This document shows positions 45,816 to 56,100 of a stretch of DNA of 64,000 bases, one piece after another. Source of the stretch: Verrucomicrobiales bacterium (GTDB lineage Bacteria > Verrucomicrobiota > Verrucomicrobiia > Verrucomicrobiales > V1-33); NCBI GenBank assembly GCA_947460575.1, contig CANHIJ010000001.1, positions 15,176 through 79,175 of the forward strand. The letters run 5' to 3'. The notes below the pieces were generated by a model that was given only the letters and a program-made list of their open reading frames with translations, was not told where the DNA came from and searched no databases. The position numbers and the translations under genes were made by a program. Every line of letters begins with the position of its first letter. Within the stretch, counting starts at the first letter, position 1.

Positions 45816-45905
45816 TCAGCCGGGGCGGCCGCCGGGGGCGGGCTTGGGTTTTTCCTTCTTGGGCTTTTTGACTTCTTTTTTGTGGGCGTTGTTGCCTTTG
45901 GCCAT
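45816..45905 (-). CDS. 29-aa lysine-rich small protein (not in the ORF track)
   Basis: My own translation of the minus strand gives 'MAKGNNAHKKEVKKPKKEKPKPAPGGRPG*'. The ATG is at 45905 and the TGA at 45816-18. A dedicated terminator lies 20 nt downstream. Confidence 0.4.
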   Translation of the reverse strand: MAKGNNAHKKEVKKPKKEKPKPAPGGRPG

Positions 45906-45994
45906 GGTGGTTTAGGTGGGTTGAAGTGAACCCCTCCAGTGTGGCGGGGATGTGGGTGGGGCGCAAGGCTGGGAGTACGGCCGGGCGAGGCCGA

Positions 45995-46630
45995 TCAGGG
46001 CTGAGAGGGAGTCACTTCAAGGCCGATGGCTTGGCGAGCGGCGCGGGCTTCCGCAGATTCAAAAATGATTTCCTTGAGGAGTCCGTGCTCGAGGATGTGG
46101 TGCGCTTTTAATTTTCCGGCGGCGTCCCACTCTTTGAGTTCGCCGTGCCAGCGCTCTGCGGAATCGAGTCCGGCGGTGGATTCCAGGGTGCCGTCAGGGT
46201 ACCAGCGCTGGTAGGCGCCCTCGCCTTTGTCTTGGGCATTGAGGGGGAGTTCGAATTTGATTTGGCCGTTTTTGTGGTAGCTGGCGGCGTATTGGGGGAC
46301 TCCGTCTCGGTAGCGGCGCAGGGTTTTGATGCGGCCGCTTTTGAAGAGTTCCACCTTGTCGCCGTCGCGTTTTCCGAGGCGGTAGGGCTCGCGCAATTTG
46401 ACCAGCCAGGGGGCATCGGGGTGGGGGGCGATGGCTTCCCCAGTGAAAGGGGTGGTGCTGGGGGGGAGGTAGGCGAGGCCATCGGCCCCAGTGGTCACGG
46501 CGACGGCGGCGAGGGGCTGGCGGTCCGGCCGAGCCTGGGTTGTGGCGGGTGGGGGGCCGCAGGAGATCAGCAGGCCGCTCAGGGCCAGGAGAAAAAGACC
46601 GGTGCCGGCTTGTAATGAATTTTTGTTCAT
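45995..46630 (-). CDS. MORN-repeat-variant / YwqK-like lipoprotein
   Basis: The signal peptide ends in a lipobox-like 'LLISCGP'. Repeats 'YRDGVPQYAASYHKNGQIK', 'GAYQRWYPDGTLES' and 'HGELKEWDAAGKLK' follow. Confidence 0.6.
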   Translation of the reverse strand: MNKNSLQAGTGLFLLALSGLLISCGPPPATTQARPDRQPLAAVAVTTGADGLAYLPPSTTPFTGEAIAPHPDAPWLVKLREPYRLGKRDGDKVELFKSGRIKTLRRYRDGVPQYAASYHKNGQIKFELPLNAQDKGEGAYQRWYPDGTLESTAGLDSAERWHGELKEWDAAGKLKAHHILEHGLLKEIIFESAEARAARQAIGLEVTPSQP

Positions 46631-46793
46631 AATGGAGTTTGTCTCCAGGGCCTGCGAGGCGCAAGGGGCCAGTCGAGCCTCAACCGAGGGCTGGGGCCGG
46701 GCGCGGCAAATGGCCTGGCCAAGAAAGTTTTTTGCCGGGCGCGCGGGCGGCGATGGCCGATGGCTTGGTTCTGGACTACGGTAGTTTTTGCCT

Positions 46794-47576
46794 ATGTCCT
46801 CTTTTGCGCGCTTTTTGGGAATTGACTACTCGGGGGCGGGGGTGCCGACGGCGCGGCTGCCGGGACTGCGGGTTTTTGAGGCGGGGCCGGAAGGGGCGGC
46901 CCTGGAGGTGTTGCCGGTGGGGTGCGGGGGCAAGCACTGGACGCGCCGCGGGTTTACCGAGTGGCTGGAGCGGGAACTCCGCGAGGGGCCGCCGACGCTG
47001 GTGGGCATCGACCACGCGTTTTCGTTTCCCCAGCGCTACTTTGCGGCTCACGGGCTGGGGCCGGACTGGGATGGGTTTCTGGATGATTTTTGCGAGCACT
47101 GGCCGACGGATGGGGATGGGACGTCGGTGGAAGCGGTGCGGAGGGGGAAGTGCGGCCGGGGAGCGGCGCGGGGCGGGAATGCGCGGTGGCGCCGCTTGGC
47201 GGAGGAGCGCAGCGGACGGGCGAAGTCGGTGTTTCACTTTGATGTCCCGGGCAGCGTGGCCAAGTCCACCCACGCAGGGCTTCCTTGGTTGCGGCGGTTG
47301 CGGCGGCAACTGGGCGCGCGCCTTCACTTTTGGCCTTTCGACGGTTGGTCGCCGCCGCGGGGCGGATCGGTGGTAGCCGAAGTGTATCCCTCTCTGTGGA
47401 GCGGGTCCTTTGCGCGGCAAGGCCGCAGCCCGGACCAGCACGATGCCTACAGCGTGGCGCGATGGATGCAGGAGAGCGCCTCCGGCGGGACGCTGGGGGA
47501 AGCCTGGGTTCCGCGCCTGGCACCGAACGAGCGGAGCATCGCCCGCGTCGAAGGATGGATCCTGGGGCTAGGCTGA
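46794..47576 (+). CDS. hypothetical protein, possibly DUF429-like (RNase-H-fold) family
   Basis: 'RFLGIDYSGAG', 'LVGIDHAFSFP', 'VFHFDVPGSVAKSTHAGLPWL' and 'HFWPFDGW' are present. The family assignment is tentative. Confidence 0.45.
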   Translation: MSSFARFLGIDYSGAGVPTARLPGLRVFEAGPEGAALEVLPVGCGGKHWTRRGFTEWLERELREGPPTLVGIDHAFSFPQRYFAAHGLGPDWDGFLDDFCEHWPTDGDGTSVEAVRRGKCGRGAARGGNARWRRLAEERSGRAKSVFHFDVPGSVAKSTHAGLPWLRRLRRQLGARLHFWPFDGWSPPRGGSVVAEVYPSLWSGSFARQGRSPDQHDAYSVARWMQESASGGTLGEAWVPRLAPNERSIARVEGWILGLG

Positions 47577-48133
47577 GGAGGCCTTCGGGGCCGACAGGCA
47601 AAAGGCACTTTGGCCCTTTTGAAAATCTAGGGAAGTCGGGGCTGCGATGAGAATTTCGGCCGTCGCGCGAGGATGGGCGGTGGGCAGCGCGCGGTCCCTA
47701 AATGTGGCGGCGAGGAGGAACTCGGATGGACGGACTGGGCGCACTGTGGAGCAGGCCGCGGTTTGGGGAGGGAGGGCGGTACTTTGCGGAAAAGGCGGGG
47801 GCGCGGCTGGCGTGGAGGTTTGTTGCCCAGAGGCGGCGGGCCTGGGGGTCGCCCGGCCGGGAGGGAAACCCTCGGCGGGTTCCTGGGCGGTCTTTCGGGG
47901 GCACCCCGAGGCGGCGGAATGGGCGGTTTTAAAGGGGCCTTGAGACTGAGGGAATGAGGATGGCGCGCGATTCAGCTGGGGCGGGGGCCCCCGGTTGGCC
48001 TTGTCGGCGCGGGACGGGGAAAAAAGATACAAAATTTTCGGTATTTTTTTTAGTATTGTTGGAAAAGCGGATTATATGAGGCGCCCGATTACCCCTCCCT
48101 AAGCGCGCCCTCTAAGCTCAAACTGTGACCACG

Positions 48134-50080
48134 ATGCTCCCTTTTCACTTTCGTTTGCCGTTCGCCTGCTTGCTTGTGGCGGGCGCGATGAGTTTTTTTT
48201 CGGGCTTGGCGCGGGCGGTGGAGAGCGACCAGGCGCTGCCTCTGGCCTATGGATGGAACGCGGTCTGCTTGAGGGTTGCGCCGGTCAATGCCGATGGGGG
48301 GGCAAAAAATGTTGAGGAGGTGTTTCGCTCGACGCAATTTTCGGTGGATCAGGTGGCGCGGTTGACCCGGGCGGTTGGGAGCGCGCAGTTTTCGACGGAT
48401 CAGCAAACGCTGTTCAACCAGGGAGGCTGGGATTTGTGGAAAGCGACGGCCGCGTCGGGGGAAAATCCGAGCATTGCGGTGCATGCCAACAGTTCCTATT
48501 TGGTGCATGTGGCGCCGCTCGCGGGGCAAACCAAGGCGGACGGAGATCCCGCGGGAACCCTGACCATAAGAGGGGCGGTGGCTTTCGCGCGCCCCGACTG
48601 GACCAAGGGCAGCTACAATTTAGTGGGTTTCGGCGTTCTGGGAGCCCCGACCTTTAGCGCGCTGTTGAGCGCTTCGGGCATCGCCTTGGATTTCGCGTCT
48701 GGGGGGGCCCCGCCGGTGCTGAAGCTGGAGGCGGGCGGCGATTGGGTGGGCGTCAAAGGGAGCGATGCGGTGGAGGATGGGAGGGCTTATTGGGTCAACG
48801 TGCCGTATTCCTTAGCCGGGAAGGGCTATGCGGGGCCGGTGGCGGTGGATTTTGCAGGGGCGGCGCTGGGCACGTTTGATTTTGGGCCGGGGCCGGGCAC
48901 GCTGCAGATCGCCAATGCGAGCCAGCTCTTCACCCCGAGGGAAATTACGTTTTCCAGCCTGGAGCCTAAGGGGGGGGCGGGGCATCAGGTTACCCTGCGG
49001 CGGGTGTACCCGGAGGCGAGCTCGAACGGGGCCGACGACTTGCGGGTAGTGGCGCTGGAGCCGGTGCCGAATCAACTCTCCTGGCAAGCCAAGACCGCTG
49101 ATCTGTCCGCGGGGTGGTCGGCCGCCACGGTGGCCCCGGGCGCTAGCACCACGGTGACGCTGGGGGCGAGTCGGAATTGGACGAGCGGGAGCAGCGAGCG
49201 AGAGCAGCTTTTCCGGATCGAGGTCGACCTGGGGGGCGGGGCCGTTTATTACTATCTGCCGCTGCGCGGTGCCAATCCCGACTTGCCGCCGACCGGGACA
49301 GCGCCGCCCGGCTATCAATTCGCTGGCTTGTGGTTGGGGCAGGTGCTGCTGGATTCTGTCACCAGTTTGGCCGTGGCGGGAGCGCCCAAGCAGGCCGCTT
49401 CGTCTCAGGCACCGCTGCGCATCCTGATCCACGTCGATGCCGAGGGCCATCCCTCGCTGCTGTCGCACGTCATGTTGATGCGGACCAAGACGGCCTCGCC
49501 GCTGGTTGCCTCCGCGCCAGTGCTGGTGGTCGATGAGACCCAGATTCCCCAGTTCGAGGGGATCCAAGAACGTGCCGGGAAGCGAGTAGGGATTCGCTAT
49601 GAAACGGCTAGTTTTGATATGCCGCGCGACCTCCGCGCGGCGGCCCAGCCTGCCAGCGTGATCTCAACTATTAAAACTCAAAAGGGCTATACAGCCAATT
49701 CCCAGGTGACCGACGGGGATGTGAGCAATTATTTTTCACTGGATACGCGCGGCTCTCGGCCCCCGGATCTGCCCGAAATCTACTACTTGAGCTGGCCGCT
49801 CCGCGGTCAACTGGGGGCGGTGACGAGCCTAAGCACGGACCTGCCGCTCTCCTTAGATCCCTACCACCGCAGCAATCCCTTCCGCCACGCCTTCCATCCA
49901 CAGCACGGTACCGGCTACGCCATCAGCCGCACCTTTCAAATCACTTTCGATGCCGCTCAGGAGCCCGGGATGCTGACCGGCACCTACCGCGAGACCACCA
50001 GCGGCCTGGCTCGCCAGCCCCTGGTGTCGAGCGGCCGGATTGCCCTGCGCCGAGTGAGCAATGTTCCGGTTCTCCATTGA
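48134..50080 (+). CDS. secreted protein of unknown family, first gene of the giant-protein operon
   Basis: The ATG at 48134 (or GTG at 48125) gives the signal peptide 'MLPFHFRLPFACLLVAGAMSFFSGLARA'. Composition is balanced. The C-terminal motif is 'HRSNPFRHAFHPQHGTGYAISRTFQITFD'. Its stop TGA (50078-80) overlaps a TTG at 50077. Confidence 0.7.
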   Translation: MLPFHFRLPFACLLVAGAMSFFSGLARAVESDQALPLAYGWNAVCLRVAPVNADGGAKNVEEVFRSTQFSVDQVARLTRAVGSAQFSTDQQTLFNQGGWDLWKATAASGENPSIAVHANSSYLVHVAPLAGQTKADGDPAGTLTIRGAVAFARPDWTKGSYNLVGFGVLGAPTFSALLSASGIALDFASGGAPPVLKLEAGGDWVGVKGSDAVEDGRAYWVNVPYSLAGKGYAGPVAVDFAGAALGTFDFGPGPGTLQIANASQLFTPREITFSSLEPKGGAGHQVTLRRVYPEASSNGADDLRVVALEPVPNQLSWQAKTADLSAGWSAATVAPGASTTVTLGASRNWTSGSSEREQLFRIEVDLGGGAVYYYLPLRGANPDLPPTGTAPPGYQFAGLWLGQVLLDSVTSLAVAGAPKQAASSQAPLRILIHVDAEGHPSLLSHVMLMRTKTASPLVASAPVLVVDETQIPQFEGIQERAGKRVGIRYETASFDMPRDLRAAAQPASVISTIKTQKGYTANSQVTDGDVSNYFSLDTRGSRPPDLPEIYYLSWPLRGQLGAVTSLSTDLPLSLDPYHRSNPFRHAFHPQHGTGYAISRTFQITFDAAQEPGMLTGTYRETTSGLARQPLVSSGRIALRRVSNVPVLH

Positions 50081-50106
50081 CGATTTTTTCCCGATACCCA
50101 TTTGCC

Positions 50107-53100
50107 ATGAGACAGTCCTTTAAGTCCATCTCCGCTGGGCCGCCCTGGCGGATTTTTCTGCTGTTGGCGTCCCTGATTTGCAGCCGCGAAAGCCGGGCCC
50201 AGTATCAGCAGGACAGCTATTTGTTTCCGGCTGCGGCGGCCCGTCCGGAGGTCACCTTGTATGGCACCGCTAAGCTGCCCACGGCCACTTCGGATTTTCT
50301 CAGCCTGACGGAGGCGTTGGCTTCCCAGCAGGGCGGGATCGTCATCAAGGCGCTGGCGGCTGGCGGAAAAGTTGCCAATCTGACGGTCGATTTCGAAATC
50401 CAGATCGACGGCGGATCAGTCCCTCCGGCGGACGGCTTTAGCTTCAGTTTTGGACCGGACATTTTCGGCTCGTCGCTCGGGGAGGACGGCTCCCCCAAGG
50501 GCATGTCAGTTTCGTTTGATAGTTTCGACAACGGGGGGGTCGATACGGCGCCGGCCATGGAGGTGCTTTACGATGGGGTGGTTAAAGACGGCCGCTACCT
50601 GGGGGGAACTCGGGCGGATTCGCGGGCCCGCAGCGGAAGTTTTAGCAATACGGCGATCGCCAATGACCTCAGCACCGGACTTCCCCTGCAGTTGACCACC
50701 GGGACCAATTGGGTGCCGGTTCAAGTAAAACTTGCGGTGCCAGTGGAAAACGAAGGGGGCCTCGTCAGCGTCACCTGGAATACCACCTCGCTGCTTAAAA
50801 ATGTCAAAATCCCCTATGCGCCGCAAGCCAATTGGCGTATCGCGTTCGGCGCCCGCACCGGAGGCAAGTTTGAGTCGCACCGCCTGCGGAACATTAAGGT
50901 CGCCTACGACGCCGCGGTAAAGCTGGTGGTGCATTCGCCCTACGGACCAGAGCAGGTGGTGCCCGCCGCCGGTTCCAAAACCTATTTTAAGGGACAGGAA
51001 GTGGTGTTTTCGGCCCCGAAATACGTTTATTTGGACCGCTATAAGAAAGCCCTCAAGGGCACCGACGAGGAGATCCAAAAACTGGCGTTTTACCGGGCGG
51101 ATTTGATTGGCTCGGACGTGGGCGGCGCCCCCGGCCCAGCCAATGGCAGCACCCTCACGCTGAACGCCGACGCCGTGGTGAACTGGCAATGGGATGTCAA
51201 ATATTTAGCGGAAGTCCAGACGGGCTCGGACCTCATCACTAACGTGGTTTCGGCGGGAGGAGTTCCCCTGGGGCGCGCCTTTAGTCCGCTGGGGAGCAAT
51301 TTCAATTCGGTCGTTACTAACAACGTATATACCGGTCCGCAAAAGTCGACGAGCACAGTGCGGGGCTATGTGGTGGAAAACGCGCCGAATTCACCGGAGC
51401 ACAGCTTGGCGCTTTCTGGCACGGGGGATTACCTGCGGGCGGCGGATGCAGGAGGCTCGCTGGCGGGGAGCGACGGCAGTTTCACGGTGGACTTTTGGGC
51501 GCGCCGAGATCCGGTGGCCGCGGCGGGGGACCAGAATGTCGTCGCGCAGGGCTCGGCGGCGTTGCCTGGGGCGCAGTGGCGGGTCGGGTTCCGCGCCAGT
51601 GGCGCGTTTTTCCTCGACAACAACCAGATATCGGCGGCGGCCTCAGCTTCCTTCACGGATAGTTCTTGGCACCACTGGGCGGCGGTCAACGACCGCGCGG
51701 GCAACGCCATCACGATTTACCGCGACGGCAAGCCTATCCATCGGCAGAGCCCGGCGATGAGCTTCAGCGGCAATGGGGTGGTGACGATCGGCGCGCGGGC
51801 CAACGGGGCATCGGCGGATGGATTCTTTGCCGGGGGGATCAACAACGTCCGGGTCTGGAGGAGTGCCTTGAGCAAGCCGCGGGTCCGCACGTCCCTGGCG
51901 ACCATATTGATGGGGGCAAGCCAGGCGGACCTGGCCCTGGAAATCCCTTTTGACAGTTTGCCGAAGGGCACTGGCGGCATCTACGTGGAGCAAGTCAAGG
52001 GAACCACCCAGCCGACCTCAGTGGCGGGAACGCAGGCTTTCGCGGTCGAGAAATCCTATGTTTCCACGAGCTTTGCCGTGCCGAGCACTGCCCAGGTGCC
52101 GGCGGGCAGCGCGGCGGGGGGATACCGGGGCTGGAACTTCCGGACCCGCCTCAGCGTTCCCGCCGGCGGGAATTTTACGTTCCACGTGCACGCCGTGGGG
52201 GGCAGTCAGTTTTTTGTCGACGGCGTGCGCCTGGTCAACGCCAATGGCGATGCTCAGGAAAGCAGCGACCTTGTGGCGAGCACCCTGCTCAGCCAAGGCG
52301 CCCACCTCATCGAGTTGCGCATGTTTGATGGGGCCACCAGCCGGGCGCTGACGGTCGACTACGAAAGCGCGGATCTGGGATTTGCCCGGCAGAGCATCCC
52401 TGTGGGCAACCTCGGGGTGACCGGCCACGATATTCTCCAACTTGGGGGCGTGCAGATCAATTCCACGGAGGGGCGCGCGGTGACCTTTGGCGCCGCGGGT
52501 TTCGGCCCGCAATTTCGCGAGGGGGCGACTGGCGACGAAATGGTCGCCGCGGTTTTCCCCGGCTTTGAATTTAAGGCCGTCCCCGTGTCCACCGCTTCCC
52601 AGGCGAGCATCGAATCGGCGCTGCAGGGCGCCTTGAGCAATTGGCGCCGCGTTTACTGGGGCACGGAAACCAAGTTCAACATGCACGTGGATGTCACCTC
52701 GCTGGACGCGGCGGCTGCGGCGCTCTCCGCCGTCGCAGTTCTGCCATTTTATACCTCGGCTGGGGCCACGACCCTTGGCAGCGCCAAGCAGACGACGGGC
52801 CCCGGCACCTTGGCCTCGCTCGATTTTTTGGTGACTGAGGGAGAAGATCTGACGATAGGAACGGCCTATCGGACTCCCGACCGCCGCTATACCTTGGCCG
52901 GCTTTCAATCGGCCCTCAATCAGTTCAGCCCCATCTCCATGGACTCGGTGGATGATGGCGCGCTTTCCGGGCAGGCGGCCCGCCAGTATGGCTTTGAGGC
53001 GGTGCAAAACCCAGGGAGCATCATCTTTCAATACGCTAAGACGATCCACCGAGCCTATGTGGCGATTGGCGACGGCCTGGATGTTTCCTCGCTGGCCAAC

Positions 53101-56100
53101 ACCAATGGGCAACTGATCCCCGATCTGCCCGTGGGCAGTGTGGATTTGAACTGGAGCGGTCCCGACTCCGTCAGCGAGTCCGACGCGGCTGGGAAGGGAG
53201 CCCGTGGTGGAACCGGCCAAGGCTATCAATGGGACGCCGTCGGCAAGAAATGGTATCCCTTGAGGCCGGGAGTTTTCACCCTCACCTGGAAGGACCAGCG
53301 CGGCTACAGTAACTCAATTGAAGTCACCGCGGATTTTCCGTCCACTTCGCTCGCCATCAACAACTTAGAAAACGAGCAGGGCTTCCGCGCGGGCACCTCT
53401 GGCAACTACCAAGGATTGCAGGCGTTCCGCGGCACGGCGACGGATTGCCCCGCTAGCCCCTGGGCTCACTATCATTATTTGGTTTCACCCAATACCGCAC
53501 AACCGTTCCCCGCAGATCTCGATCGCAGCGACCGGGACCGCTGGGCCTTCCTGCGCATGGCCTATTCCGAATCGACCTCCGCCACCGCCGATGCGCAAAC
53601 CGACCGCTTTGCGGAGACCTCGGCAGGGGTGCGCTCGGTGCTGGTTTTCTCCTACTGTCCTCAGGCCGACGCCATTGCCACGGGTGAACTGGCTAAGGAA
53701 ATGGTCGCGGTCAGGGTGGTCATGTCCGACAGCGTCGGGGCCCCCTTGGCGGGGCGCACCAATGGCGCCCGCGCCGACGCCACGGTGGCTTCGCGGATCA
53801 CCAGCACCGGCCAAGGTGGGTGGGATCAAGCGGGCTTTGGCTCTGGGTATATCGTGAATGAGGTTTCCAATTACCATCCGGGAATCTACCAGCGAGATGC
53901 CGCCGCGGTGGGAACCTGGGGGGCCATTTATCCGGTGAACTGGTCGGGCCTCTTCGTGGCAGACGATCGCAAGCTGGAGGTGGGCTATTATGAAAACCCA
54001 TCGCTCCGTGCGGTTCCGGAAGGCACGCTGCACCCGGATAGTGCGTGGCCCTATTTTATGGCGAGCTATGACAATGTTGCTTACCCGAATCCAGCGGTGT
54101 CCCCGGTGATTTACATTGCCAGCCAGGTCGGCAGCGAAGGCGTGAAGGCCTATGTGCCAGGGGTCGCGGGGGCCAAGCAGCCCCTCTACGATCCAGCAAA
54201 GTGGGCAAACCTAGCGGTTTACCATCAGCCGAATCGCAATCTGCCAGGCTTTAACCCCAACGAAGAACATGCCTTGGTGGCCCCGTCGCACTTGGCGGCG
54301 GTGACCGGCGACCCATCTTACAACCTGGGCCAAAATGCCCTTTTCGCCCTGCAGACGGCCCTCAATCGCACGGCGCGGGACGCCAACTACACCTCGGACC
54401 CCTATGTGTTGGCGGAGTGCCGCAATTTGGCTACGGGCCAAACGGAATTGTTCGCGTACGCCGTGATTGCCGAGCGCAGCGGGGACGCCCCCTTTCCGGC
54501 GCTCGATGCGGAGACCCACCTGCCAGTTGACCGCCACGGGGTCCCGGTGCCCCAACCGGACAATCCGCAGTATCAATTCGCCAACGCCGCAGCGGCGTTT
54601 GCGGGCGATGCGGTCCAGCCGCCCTATCCGCTCAACCTCGTGGTTGGCAATGTGGTTATGGCGCAAAATGTAGGGGGAAATTTTCTCAAACCTGGCGCGG
54701 GTTCTGGGGTCCAGGCGCTCTGGAATGACAAGAACAAGACGCCCTGGGTGGTGGCCGGCGATGGGCGGTTCTTCCAGCGCTATTGGTATCCCTTGTCCTC
54801 TAACTTTTGGTTTGACGGCGAAGACAATGGGGTCAACGGCGCCCCGGTGGGCACGCCGATCCAATGGCTGCCGGAAGGCGGCAGCAGCACTGCCGCTGAT
54901 TACTTAGTGGGATCGAGCAAGAATCCGCAACTTATCAAATACCAATCCTATTGGCGCGCCGATTACCCGGTGCTCAAGCGCGGGGAAACCCTCACTTATC
55001 CCGGTGGGGAGGCCAAGGCCGACCAGCCGCAAGGGGCCGGATTGCCTGGGGTGGTCGGCTGGGCTTCAGCCCAAGTGGTCTTCGATACCGAGACGCCTTC
55101 TATGGCCCTCACGGACGCCAACGTCCAGAGCTTTGGCGGCCGGGTGTTCCGACCGCTCGACGCGCTCAGCGCTCCGCTCGCGCAGGAGGCGATTCCGCAA
55201 GCGCAGCAGCCCACCGCGCCCAACAAGGTGACGGTGCAGGGAACTCGCTGGTATTTCAACGACCTTGCCGGTTCGCTCAATAAGCGGTTTTACTACGACG
55301 TAGCCCAACGACGACTGGTTCTCTCGGGTCGCTTGAACGATCTGGAAATAGGAAACCCCAAACTCACCGCCACCCCGGTCGGGGCGTATGTCCTGGAGCC
55401 TAACGTACTAAACGAGGCGGAGATTGAGGAGCTGGAAGGGCTCGACCAAGACCATCCTCAATCCGAATTTAACGAGGCGGTGGAGAAGCTGGTAGCATTG
55501 GCGAACGGCCTAACCCCACCGGCCGCTTGGCCCGCGGCCTCCCCGCGCTGGTTTGGCCGGGGAATCCAGGCGGCAAACGCCAGCCAGAGTTTCTATAACG
55601 AGAGCGACCTCAGCAAGCCGCCGACTTCCCTGTTTTCCCAATATGCGCCCGAGGTGAGCGTCGGCACGGGGGCGGCCCTGGTCCCCAATCCCTCGCATCT
55701 CGCTGAGCCCGTGGGCCAAATGCGCTATTTGACCGTGGTGGAAAACAATGCCCCCGCGGCGGGCGCGGTGGCGCTGCACATCATCCGCCTCGGCGACGCG
55801 CGGTATCGCGGCTTGATCCAAGCAATCGCTCCGCAAAACGTTTTCGACGACAAGATCCAACTCCGGCACAGCGGGGATTTCGGAGGCAACACCACCGAGG
55901 TATACTACCAATGGTGGGTCCACGATGTGGCCCCGCTGGCGGGTCTGGGCACGCCCGACCAGGCGGGCAGTGGGTGGCAGGTGTGCCAACAGGGGCTCGG
56001 GCTGAACGCGATTGATTTCCAGGGTCGGCCGGATGTTTCCCTAGCGGATAAATTGTTTTATGTGCGCTATGGATCTGAAGAAGAACTTGCGCAGGCGGAC

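Noticed and set aside
47630-48010. tmRNA, RNase P, SRP or riboswitch candidate in the G-rich leader ('ggggctgcgatgagaatttcggccg' resembles a tmRNA 5' end)
   Set aside because: There is no T-arm/ACCA 3' end and no tag-peptide reading frame. The RNase P 'GAGGAAAGUCCGG' box, the SRP 'GGAAGCAGCC' box and the B12/TPP/SAM core motifs were also not found by eye. A covariance-model scan is needed to be sure.
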